Shown here piece after piece: positions 47,671 to 57,600 of a stretch of DNA of 64,000 nt. The notes under the pieces were generated by a model. The model was not told the DNA's origin, ran no database searches, and saw only the letters and a list, made by a program, of their open reading frames with translations. A program made the translations under genes and the position numbers. The stretch's first letter is position 1, and each line of letters begins with the position of its first letter. The stretch comes from Gammaproteobacteria bacterium (GTDB taxonomy: Bacteria > Pseudomonadota > Gammaproteobacteria > Pseudomonadales > JAUIET01). Location of the stretch: contig JAUIET010000008.1 in the NCBI GenBank assembly GCA_030429735.1, positions 74,726 through 138,725 on the forward strand. The letters are read 5' to 3'.

Positions 47671-47793
47671 TATTAGGCACGTATACCGACACATAGAGTA
47701 CCGACTCATCCTGGCGAAATGCTGGTGGAGGAGTTTTTGAACCCAATGGAAATAACGCAAAGGGAGTTGGCGTCAGCTATTCGTGTTCCTTGA
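47671..47793 (+). pseudogene. higA: N-terminal remnant of a higA-type HTH antitoxin gene
   Basis: ...PTHPGEMLVEEFLNPMEITQRELASAIRVP* shows the HigA HPGE.L.EEFL signature. No start codon, and truncated inside the HTH. Confidence 0.55.
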
Positions 47794-47859
47794 ATTTATA
47801 GATCAATCTTCCTAACTGCTGCCAGGTTCAGCAAATTAATTACTGCTCCGCATACCAGT

Positions 47860-48333
47860 TTAACGATCCAATATTGCTGATCCTATCGGCAACGACGTGT
47901 CAAACTTCAACTCGCGTAGCGCAATATGAGATTTGACCTGTGCAATCTGTGGGATCGCAAACATGAAATCCTCCAGAAAGCGGTCAAAACTTTCGATGCT
48001 CTCAGTGACCACGCGAAGAATAAAGTCGGCGTCACCGGTGGTGGCAAAACACTCGAGAATTTCCGGGCGTTCGGCAACCGAACGCTCGAATGAGGTGGTG
48101 TTCTCGAGAATGTGCCTCGCAAGTGTCACGTGTACAAAGGCGCATAAGCCGAACCCTGACTTCGAGCGATTTAACAGTGCGCGGTAGCCTTCAATAACGC
48201 CCGCCTGTTCCAGCGCGCGAACGCGTCGCCAGCAGCCTGCGGTGGAGATGCCTACCCGTTCTGCCAATGCCTGATTGCTGAGCCTGCCATCCCCCTGAAG
48301 TATGGCCATGATTTTTCGGTCGGTATCGTCCAT
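47860..48333 (-). CDS. Lrp/AsnC family transcriptional regulator (intact copy)
   Basis: ATG at 48333. MDDTDRKIMAILQGDGRLSNQALAERVGISTAGCWRRVRALEQAGVI (HTH) plus a RAM-type C-terminal domain. Divergent from the IOR gene. Confidence 0.85.
   Translation of the reverse strand: MDDTDRKIMAILQGDGRLSNQALAERVGISTAGCWRRVRALEQAGVIEGYRALLNRSKSGFGLCAFVHVTLARHILENTTSFERSVAERPEILECFATTGDADFILRVVTESIESFDRFLEDFMFAIPQIAQVKSHIALRELKFDTSLPIGSAILDR
47878..48093. repeat. Right direct repeat (the 3' end of the intact lrp-family gene)
   Basis: Aligns without gaps to 44520-44735 at an offset of 3,358 bp. The 130-nt core at 47930-48059 is identical. Confidence 0.85.
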
Positions 48334-48488
48334 TGGGCGCAATCTCTAGATACGAAATATAATTACATATATCTATTAGAATTGAAATAATAATACGAAA
48401 ACGCCTGATATGCGACACAAAGTGTAAGCACCTTTCAGCCAAACTGGGCTAATGTCAGCGTATAAGGTTTCTCTACAAGTGTCTGCTT

Positions 48489-51400
48489 ATGAACAGTGCG
48501 CTCCCTCCAGATCTGGACAGCTATGAACTCAAAGACCGCTTTGCCAGAGCGCAGGGGCGGGTGTTTCTCACCGGCACTCAGGCACTGGTGCGCCTGCCTT
48601 TGATCCAGCGCCAGATTGACCAGGCCAATGGGCTGAATACGGCCGGCTTTATATCGGGCTACCGTGGCTCACCACTGGGCGGCTACGACATGGAACTGTG
48701 GCGTGCCAAACAGGAACTGGCAGACAATGCCATTGAGTTTCTGCCCGCGGTAAACGAAGACCTGGCGGCCACAGCGGTTCTGGGCAGCCAGCAGGTGGAA
48801 AGCGACCCGGATCGCCAGGTAGATGGTGTGTTTGGTATCTGGTACGGCAAAGGCCCGGGTGTTGATCGTGCCGGCGACGCCTTGAAACATGGCAATGCCT
48901 ATGGCAGTTCACCACACGGTGGTGCGTTGATTATCGCGGGTGATGATCACGGCTGTGTGTCGTCCAGCATGTCGCATCAGTCGGATGTGGCGTTTATGGC
49001 GTTTTTTATGCCCACGCTGAACCCTGCCTCTGTTGCCGAATACATCGAATACGGCTTGTACGGCTTTGCAATGTCCAGATACTCGGGTTGTTGGGTGGGC
49101 TTCAAAGCCATTTCGGAAACCGTTGAAAGCGCCGCCTCGGTCAACGTGGGTGTAACCCCCACGTTTCATGTGCCCAAGGATTATCAGGCGCCGGAGTATG
49201 GCTTGCACTACCGTTGGCCAGACCTGCCTGGTCCCCAGGTTGAGGCTCGCATGGTGGCCAAGCTGGATGCGGTGCGCGCGTTTGCCAAGCGTAACCCGAT
49301 TGACAAACGTATCTACGGCATACCAGACGCGCGGTTTGGCATCATCACCACTGGCAAGGGCCATCTGGACTTGATGGAGGCGCTTAAACTGCTGGGCATA
49401 GACGAGAACCGTGCACGAGAGATAGGCATAGACATCTATAAAGTCGGCATGGTCTGGCCACTGGAAACGGAAGGTGCCAGGGCCTTTCTGCGCAATAAAA
49501 AAGAAGTACTGGTGGTGGAGGAAAAACGCGGCATCATCGAAAGTGAGTTGAAAGAATTTCTGTATGACTATCAAAGCGACAAGCCCAATCGCATGGTGGG
49601 TAAGTACGATGAAGCGGGTAATCCGCTGGTTCCGTGGACCGGAGAGCTTAGCCCGACCTTGCTCGCGCCGATTGTCGCATCGCGAATCACGCATGAATTC
49701 CCGGAGCTGAATTTTGATGAGCAACTGGAAGCGCTGGCCGCCAGGCGGGTGTCGTTTGAAGCGCCGTCGGATGTAAAGCGTACGCCGTACTTTTGCCCGG
49801 GCTGCCCACATAACACCTCTACCAAGGTGCCGGAAGGCAGCAAGGCACTGGCCGGTATTGGCTGCCACTTTATGGCGTCATGGATGAACCGCAACACCGA
49901 GTCCCTGATTCAGATGGGCGGTGAAGGTGTGAACTGGGTGAGCAAGTCAAAATTCAATGGCGGCAAGCACATCTTTCAAAACCTGGGTGAGGGCACTTAC
50001 TTCCACTCCGGGTATATGGCTATCCGTCAGGCGGTTGCGGCAAATACCAACATCACCTATAAAATTTTGTTCAACGACGCAGTCGCCATGACCGGCGGCC
50101 AGCCGGTGGACGGCACCATTACTGTGCCCGCCATCGCAAACCAGGTTCGATCAGAAGGCGTGCAGCGCATCGCAGTCGTCAGTGACGACCCGGCGAAGTA
50201 CACCAACAAAGCCCAGTTCCCACCGGCCACCAGTTTTCACGATCGATCGGAAATGGACGAGCTGCAGCGGGAACTGCGCAACATACAGGGAGTGTCTGTG
50301 CTGATTTACGATCAGGGCTGCGCGGCTGAAAAGCGCCGCATGCGAAAGCGCGGAACCTACCCCGACCCGGCAAAACGGATATTTATCAATGACGCGGTCT
50401 GTGAAGGCTGCGGTGATTGTGGTGAGCAATCCAATTGCCTGGCGATTTTTCCGCTGGATACTGAACTGGGTCGTAAACGCAAGATCGATCAGTCGTCCTG
50501 CAACAAGGACTATTCCTGCGTGAAAGGCTTTTGCCCCAGTTTTGTGACGGTGGAAGGCGGAGAATTACGGCAAACCAGGGCATTGGATACCGACGACGAA
50601 TTGAACAGCAAGGTATCGCGGCTGCCGATGCCACAGTATTCAGCGCTGGACGACAACTACAACATGCTGGTAGCCGGTATCGGTGGTACCGGTGTCGTGA
50701 CCGTCGGTGCCTTGATCACCATGGCAGCGCACCTGGAGGGCAAAGGGGCCACGGTGCTGGACTTTACCGGCTTTGCGCAAAAAGGCGGCACGGTAATCAG
50801 TCATATTCGTATAGGTGCCACGCCTGAGGCGCTCACGCAAGTGAGGATTGCCGATGGCGCCGCCGATGCCGTGGTGGCCTGCGATATTGTGGCGGGTACC
50901 GATCCACGCTCCAGCAGAGTACTGTCGGCTGGCAGAACCCGGGTGCTGGTTAACAACACCGAAGTACCGAGCGGGCAGTTCGTCCAGGACAGAAACGCCA
51001 ATATGCGCATGCAGGATCGGCTGCAACTGATTCGAGGTGCGGTCGGCAAGGAGCGGGTTGAACTGGTTGAAGCCAATCTGGCCATGGAACGACTGCTGGG
51101 CAACACCGTGTATTCCAATGTATTTCTGCTCGGCCTTGCCTGGCAACGCGGCCTGGTGCCGGTATCACACCAGGCCCTGCTGCGCGCGATCGAGTTAAAC
51201 GGGGTGAATATCGCGTTGAACCAACAGGCGTTTAACTGGGGTCGTTTGGCAGCTGAGCACCCGGAGTACCTTGACCAAGCGGCTGCACTGAACACGGCAC
51301 GACCCACACCCCACACCCTGGAAGACATTATTGAGCATCGCGCCGCGCTGCTGACAGACTACCAGAACGCAGAGTACAGCGAGCGCTATCGGTCACTGGT

Positions 51401-51983
51401 CATGAGGGTGCACCACGCCGAAGCAGGTTTGGGCACGGGTTCAATGCCGCTCACCGAAGCCGTGGCCAGATACCTGTACAAAGTGATGGCCTATAAGGAT
51501 GAGTACGAAGTTGCCCGACTGTACACCAACGGTGAGTTTGCCAAAAAGCTGGGTGATACGTTTGAAGGCCCTTATCACCTTACATTTCATATGGCCCCGC
51601 CCATATTCAATGCCGGCACCGACGAGCTGGGGCGCCCCGGAAAACGTCAGTTTGGCCCATGGATGCTCAGCGCACTGAAGCTGCTGGCACGCTTGAAGGG
51701 CTTGCGTGGCACGGCCTTTGATCTGTTCGCCTGGTCACACGATCGGCGCAAGGAGCGGAAACTGATGGATGATTACATTGCCCTGCTGGATTCATTGGCA
51801 CAGGGCCTGAATGAGCACAACCACTCAGTAGCGGTTAGCTGCGCCAGCCTGCCCGACAAAGTGCGGGGCTTTGGTCCGGTGAAGTCAGAAGCTATTGCAA
51901 GGTATTACGAAGAAAAAGTACTGCTGTTGGATCAGTTTCACGGTGAGGACAAAGTGGTTGTGGTGTTTGAGGTAAGCAACTGA
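48489..51983 (+). CDS. Indolepyruvate:ferredoxin oxidoreductase family protein (fused IorA/IorB type 2-oxoacid:ferredoxin oxidoreductase)
   Basis: 1,164 aa. TPP-binding N-terminal half and ferredoxin-like cysteine clusters CPGCPH and CEGCGDCGEQSNC...CNKDYSC.KGFCPSF. C-terminal gamma-like domain GIGGTGVVT. Confidence 0.85.
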   Translation: MNSALPPDLDSYELKDRFARAQGRVFLTGTQALVRLPLIQRQIDQANGLNTAGFISGYRGSPLGGYDMELWRAKQELADNAIEFLPAVNEDLAATAVLGSQQVESDPDRQVDGVFGIWYGKGPGVDRAGDALKHGNAYGSSPHGGALIIAGDDHGCVSSSMSHQSDVAFMAFFMPTLNPASVAEYIEYGLYGFAMSRYSGCWVGFKAISETVESAASVNVGVTPTFHVPKDYQAPEYGLHYRWPDLPGPQVEARMVAKLDAVRAFAKRNPIDKRIYGIPDARFGIITTGKGHLDLMEALKLLGIDENRAREIGIDIYKVGMVWPLETEGARAFLRNKKEVLVVEEKRGIIESELKEFLYDYQSDKPNRMVGKYDEAGNPLVPWTGELSPTLLAPIVASRITHEFPELNFDEQLEALAARRVSFEAPSDVKRTPYFCPGCPHNTSTKVPEGSKALAGIGCHFMASWMNRNTESLIQMGGEGVNWVSKSKFNGGKHIFQNLGEGTYFHSGYMAIRQAVAANTNITYKILFNDAVAMTGGQPVDGTITVPAIANQVRSEGVQRIAVVSDDPAKYTNKAQFPPATSFHDRSEMDELQRELRNIQGVSVLIYDQGCAAEKRRMRKRGTYPDPAKRIFINDAVCEGCGDCGEQSNCLAIFPLDTELGRKRKIDQSSCNKDYSCVKGFCPSFVTVEGGELRQTRALDTDDELNSKVSRLPMPQYSALDDNYNMLVAGIGGTGVVTVGALITMAAHLEGKGATVLDFTGFAQKGGTVISHIRIGATPEALTQVRIADGAADAVVACDIVAGTDPRSSRVLSAGRTRVLVNNTEVPSGQFVQDRNANMRMQDRLQLIRGAVGKERVELVEANLAMERLLGNTVYSNVFLLGLAWQRGLVPVSHQALLRAIELNGVNIALNQQAFNWGRLAAEHPEYLDQAAALNTARPTPHTLEDIIEHRAALLTDYQNAEYSERYRSLVMRVHHAEAGLGTGSMPLTEAVARYLYKVMAYKDEYEVARLYTNGEFAKKLGDTFEGPYHLTFHMAPPIFNAGTDELGRPGKRQFGPWMLSALKLLARLKGLRGTAFDLFAWSHDRRKERKLMDDYIALLDSLAQGLNEHNHSVAVSCASLPDKVRGFGPVKSEAIARYYEEKVLLLDQFHGEDKVVVVFEVSN

Positions 51984-52108
51984 GGGCTTACTGTGCGGGT
52001 ATTTGAAGATACAATGGTGTCTCGAGGCGGTCATTTGGCGAACAACCAGTAATGTGCCAGTGAGAACACCCTCGGGCGTCGCTTTACCAGGGCTTGAAAC
52101 TAATAATA

Positions 52109-54325
52109 ATGGTTCGTTCACTTCTCGTTCTTATCTCGCTGGTGCTTGCCAGCATTGCTCAGGCCGAGCCACGCGCTGCATTAGAGGAGGTAATAGTCAG
52201 CGCCACCAAGCGCAGTGAAAGCCTGCAGGATGTGTCGATCTCTGTGGCCGTGCTCAGCGGCGATGAGCTCAGCCGGCGCAATAAAACCCAGATTGAGGAA
52301 CTGTCTCGCCTGGTGGCCGGTTTTACGTTTTCACCAGGTACCTCCGACGCTGCGCGCAATATCATCGTGCGTGGCGTGGGCACGCAGAGCTTAAGTCGCT
52401 CTGTGGAGCAATCGGTGGGTACGGTGGTGGACAATGTCGCCTCCGGCAGCCTGTCGGGATCCTTGCTTGACTACAGCGACGTAGAACGCATTGAAGTGCT
52501 GCGCGGACCACAGGGTATGCTGTTTGGCAAGAACGCCAGTGCAGGCCTTTTGAGCATTACCACGCGTGCACCCAGCGACGTGCTGAGCGGTGGCATAGGA
52601 CTGCGCTATGGCAGTGAGAACTTGCTCAACCTGTCTGCTTATGCGTCCGGACCATTGTTAGATGAGCGCCTGCTGGGTCGTTTGTCTGTATTTCAAAACA
52701 GCCGCGATGCGATCTTGAAGAATCAATTTCCCGGCGGCGACGACCTGAATAATCGTAACGATTGGGGCGCCCGGCTAAAATTACAGTGGCTGGCCACAGA
52801 CCGGCTGGATATGCTGTTCAGTGTGGTGCGCAATGAACGAGACCATAAGTGCTGCCAGGGCGCCTTGCGCCTGGTGGAGCCGGGTAGTGTCGCCGATCGG
52901 GAAGGCGGCCCGGTTGGTGAGCGGGTGGATACGATTATTGATAACGATACGGCTGAGGGAACAACCGAGCACACATCAGCTAGCATCGAAGTAAACTATC
53001 AGTTCAACGACTATACACTGACGTCTGTTTCCGCCTGGCTGGAAGACGATGTGTTTGGTGCCTTTCGCTCAGATCTGTACACGCGCACCGCACTGGTGCG
53101 CAACGACAGCCTGGCCAATTACCAGCAGGTAACCCAGGAGCTGCGCTTGAGCTCGCCTGTCGGCGGCGTATTCGATTACGTTGCCGGCTTGTATTGCTAT
53201 CGTCAGGAAATTGATCGCCGCTTCGACCGCCTGATCGATTTGTACGGAATCGATCTGGTGGCTGTTGCGAACACACTGGCGGTGTCTGTGCTGAACACCC
53301 ATCAAAACACCAGTGAGAGCCTGGCAGCATTCGGTCAATTGAATTGGCATTTGAGCGAACGACTGCGGCTGTCACTGGGTCTGCGGTATAACAATGACGA
53401 GTTGAGTATTGATCAAACCGTGGCGGCCATGCCCGGCACGCTGCCCGAAGCACCGCCAGGGTCAATCTCTGCGTCCACCAGCGAGACAGCCTGGTCATGG
53501 CGAGCAATCGCTGAAGTTGATGTTGCAGACGATGCCATGATGTACCTGAGCATTGCCAGGGGATACAAAGGGCCGGGCGCTAATTCCCTGCCTTCCGGAC
53601 CCAGCAGCGGCAATGTGTTTGTGGCCCCGGAAATTCCAAGCAATTATGAGCTGGGCCTGAAATCGCAATGGCTGGGTGGCAGGCTGCGTGCCAATGTGGC
53701 GGTGTACTTCACGCGCTTTGAAGACTTTCAGGCCTCTGCGCAGGTGCCCGATGCGTTTCCGCCCATCTTTTTTCTGGCCAACGCCGGCGAACTGGAAACG
53801 CGTGGCGCGGAGCTGGAGCTTACCACCAGGCTGAGTGATCGCCTGATGTTGTCTACGTCACTGGCGTACACCGACGCTGTTTTTTCCGAATGGCCAGACG
53901 GGCCATGCTACAGCGGTCAAACCGCAGCAGACGGATGCATTGACGGGTCTCAGAGTTTAAGTGGCGCGGACATGCCCAATTCCCCCGACTGGGCGATCAA
54001 CCTGACGGCAGACTACCGCATACCGCTTGCCTCCATGCCATTCGATGCCTTTATCAGTACCAGCGCCTACTGGCGTGACGAGACACTGTACTCAACAGCG
54101 AATGACCCTGTGTTAGTGGGCGAATCCTACGCGGTGTTTGACGTCGCACTGGGCATCGAAGCACCGGATCAGCGTTACAGTGCGCAACTGTTTGTGCAGA
54201 ATCTGTTTGATGAGTTTTATATATCGAGCATTGAAGAGCAATCGGTGGTGGGTATCCGGGCAGCGCATGGACTGCCGTACGACTACACACGGCGATTTGG
54301 CGTTTCTATTCAGATGAACTTTTAA
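52109..54325 (+). CDS. TonB-dependent receptor
   Basis: ATG at 52109 gives the signal peptide MVRSLLVLISLVLASIAQA. EEVIVSATKRSESLQDV and IERIEVLRGPQGMLFGKNASAG. Terminal QMNF. Confidence 0.9.
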   Translation: MVRSLLVLISLVLASIAQAEPRAALEEVIVSATKRSESLQDVSISVAVLSGDELSRRNKTQIEELSRLVAGFTFSPGTSDAARNIIVRGVGTQSLSRSVEQSVGTVVDNVASGSLSGSLLDYSDVERIEVLRGPQGMLFGKNASAGLLSITTRAPSDVLSGGIGLRYGSENLLNLSAYASGPLLDERLLGRLSVFQNSRDAILKNQFPGGDDLNNRNDWGARLKLQWLATDRLDMLFSVVRNERDHKCCQGALRLVEPGSVADREGGPVGERVDTIIDNDTAEGTTEHTSASIEVNYQFNDYTLTSVSAWLEDDVFGAFRSDLYTRTALVRNDSLANYQQVTQELRLSSPVGGVFDYVAGLYCYRQEIDRRFDRLIDLYGIDLVAVANTLAVSVLNTHQNTSESLAAFGQLNWHLSERLRLSLGLRYNNDELSIDQTVAAMPGTLPEAPPGSISASTSETAWSWRAIAEVDVADDAMMYLSIARGYKGPGANSLPSGPSSGNVFVAPEIPSNYELGLKSQWLGGRLRANVAVYFTRFEDFQASAQVPDAFPPIFFLANAGELETRGAELELTTRLSDRLMLSTSLAYTDAVFSEWPDGPCYSGQTAADGCIDGSQSLSGADMPNSPDWAINLTADYRIPLASMPFDAFISTSAYWRDETLYSTANDPVLVGESYAVFDVALGIEAPDQRYSAQLFVQNLFDEFYISSIEEQSVVGIRAAHGLPYDYTRRFGVSIQMNF

Positions 54326-54600
54326 ACGAGTTGCGAACCCACAGTGTAGGCAACCGACAATATCGAAGTCAGGCATATCATGATCCGGCCCACCGGATAA
54401 TGGCCCAGCATCACGCGGGTTAGTGGTTTACTATGACAGCTGTGATTATGCCTGCACTAAGTTTGTACATAATTTTCTTCAAACCCGTGTCAAATTCGAA
54501 TTTAATACAGTCGTTCACACTTTGTGGTGAGGCTGGCATGCTGCCGGCCAGAAGAATTGCCGCATTTTCCAAAAACTGCCGATGAGATCATTGAGTCATA

Positions 54601-57600
54601 ATGCCTAAAAAGAAGTACCCGAAATTCGCAGACAGAGTCTTGGAACTCACGAAAAATGATGCCCAATTACAGCAACATATGCCACGAGCAGACCTGTGGG
54701 AAGGGCTGGCTGACGATAGCGTGCCTCTGGCAAGCAATATTGATCGCTTACTAGCAGGCTACGGCGACCGCCCCGCGCTGGGTGAGAGAGAGTACACTCT
54801 GGAGGATACCAACGGTAGCGGTCGGCTTACTCGGCGTTACGGCCCGGGGTTCAAGACGATCTCCTATGTCGAGTTTCGTCACCGCGTTCGTTCAATTGCC
54901 TCAGCCTGGCGAGCAGACGGTCGCTTTCATGTCCGCCCGGACGAGTTCGTTTGCATGATGGGCTTTGCCGGCGTGGATTACAGCGCGCTGGACGTCGCGT
55001 GTCTGTACACGCAAACTGTGAGCGTTCCCGTTCAGGCCAATTATGGCTTTGACATGCTGCGTGGCATGTTAGCGCTGATTGAGCCGACCGTTATTGCCAC
55101 GGCCGCGCCCGACCTGGAAATGGCAGTTCGGCTTGCCGAAGCAATACCCAGCATCAAGAGCTTTATCGTGTTTGATTACGATGTTGGAGACAGCAGCAAT
55201 CTTGCCGCATGGGAGGCTTCCAAAAACGCACTCGCCGAAAAATGCCCGAACATTGCCGTGATATCGCTTGATGAGCTTGCGGAATTGGGGGATGCAGATG
55301 CCTGGGAAATGATGCCCCCGCACAGAGAGGGCGCTGAGCGCCTAACATCAATCATTCATTCCTCTGGCAGTACTGGTACACCGAAGGGCGCAATGTTACC
55401 GGAGCGCTCCGTGGTGGCTTCATGGAACGGTGTGTCGCCGGATGCGCCCGCTATTGGTATTGGCTTAGCGCCTTTGAACCATTTGATGGGTCGCTTGGTG
55501 ACGCAGGGAACCATGGGCGTTGGCGGCTTGGTTAATTTTACGCTGGCAGACGACATGTCTACGCTGATCGAAGACATTCGCGCCACCAGGCCAATTAATA
55601 TTGCGTTCGTGCCGCGTATTATAGATATGATTTATCAAGACTACCTCAATCAGGTATCGCGCCGGGCAAATGACAGCGGCATATCGGAAAATCAAGCGCG
55701 CGAAGAAATTATAATCGAGTTTCGTGGCAGCTATCTTGGCGACCGATTACTGGGCGGCAGTGTTGGCAGTGCACCGACCACCAAAGAAATGCGTGACTTC
55801 ATGATGGCTTGCTTCAATATACCATTGGTTGATGGTTACGGAAGTACGGAATCTGGTACTGGCAGAGTAACGTTCAATAATCGTGTGCTCAGACCAGGCG
55901 TTATCGACTATAAACTTCGCGATATGCCGGAGCTTGGCTACCTGACCAGCGATAAGCCTTACCCCCGCGGTGAGTTTTGCATTAAAACCAGAACACAGAT
56001 TCTTGGTTACTATAAGAACCCGGAAGCATCAGCGAAACTTTTAGATGATGAAGGGTATTATCTAAGTGGCGACATAGTCGAAGAGCGCGGACCTGATCAT
56101 GTGGTGGTTATTGACCGCTGTAACGATGTACTCAAACTGTCACAAGGTGAATATGTTGCTGTAGGGCGTCTCGGAACCATTTTCGAATCTGAAAGCGATC
56201 TTATCCAGCAAATTTATGTCTACGGCAACTCACTACGGTCTTATCTTGTGGCAACCGTAGTGCCCGATATGCAAGCCCTAACGTCAATTCTGGGTGACAC
56301 GCCTGAACCTAAAGCCATCATTGCTTTGATCCGTGAAGATTTCCAAAGAATCGCACACAGGGTTGATTTGAAGTCATTTGAAGTACCGCGCGAATTTATT
56401 CTGGAGCAAGAACCCTTTTCCGCCGAAAACGGGCTGCTAACCAGCGTCTTAAAGAAAAAGCGCCCCGCACTTAGAGAAAAATACGGCGAGCAACTGGAAG
56501 CCTTGTATGAGCAAGGCGAACAACTGCAGTCGGAGCAACTCAGTAGGCTGAAAGACCCGGACTCAACGCTCACCACAGTTGAAAAATTACGCATACTGTT
56601 AGCGAGTAATCTGGGAATCCAAGAGGAGGATGTTGACGACGACAAAACCTATCATGAACATGGTGGCGATTCTCTGGGGTCTGTCACGTTCGCAATGGCC
56701 ATTGCAAATGTGTTCGGAACCGAGATTGCATCCAATGATATTCTCAGCCCGGCTGGTGGAATCAATAGTTGGGTAAAAACGCTAAGCAGTGGCTCTGATA
56801 AAAAGCTTTCGAACTTCACAGACGTTCATGGCCAACGCACGGATGAGATTTTCGCCGCTGATTTAAGGCTGGAAAAATTTTTGCCGTCAGATGTTCTGGC
56901 AAGTGCATCCTCTTTGCCTGCCGCTGCATCCGGCGAGCCACGTACTGTTTTCCTGACTGGCGCCAATGGATTTCTTGGTCGTGTCGTGTGTCTGGAATGG
57001 TTGAAGCAACTGTCAACGCACGGAGGCAGGCTGATTTGTTTGATCAGGGCAAGCGACGATCTGGCCGCACTTTCGCGATTAAGCGATGCGTTTGATAGCG
57101 CTGGTGAGGAAATGTCATCAGCATTCAATAGTTTTAAGGGTTACCTTGAAGTAGTAGCCGGCGACTTTGGGCAACCGTATTTAGGCTTAACACAGGAGCG
57201 GTTCGAGTCCCTGGCCAATGAAGTTGATGTGGTCAGTCACGGTGGTGCGCTGGTCAATCACGTGCTGGACTACCAGTCTTTGTTTGTGCCGAATGTGGGT
57301 GGCGTGGCCGAGATTATCCGCTTAGCGCTTACGGGGAAAAAGAAACCGATTGATTTCGTGTCGAGTGTGGCCGCTTCTTCACATTTGCAATTTAACACCG
57401 GTGGCACCGAAACCGCCGAGCTGGCTGATTCGGCAAAGCTGAACGACCGCTATGCAAACGGTTATGGCGCCAGCAAGTGGGCGGGTGAGGTGTTACTGCG
57501 TGAAGCACACCAGGGTTTCGGCTTGCCCATCCGAATTTTTCGTGGTGACATGATGCTGGCGCACCGTGAGATAGCGGGTGTGATCAACAGCGACGATATG

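Larger units (their letters stand above)
44736..47877. mobile_element. Integrase-less genomic islet inserted in the 3' end of the lrp-family gene (cargo: DUF4143-type ATPase, vapBC, TA remnants)
   Basis: Unique DNA bounded by ~215-bp direct repeats of the lrp 3' end, spaced exactly 3,358 bp apart. The repeats have an identical 130-bp core and diverged flanks. Confidence 0.7.
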
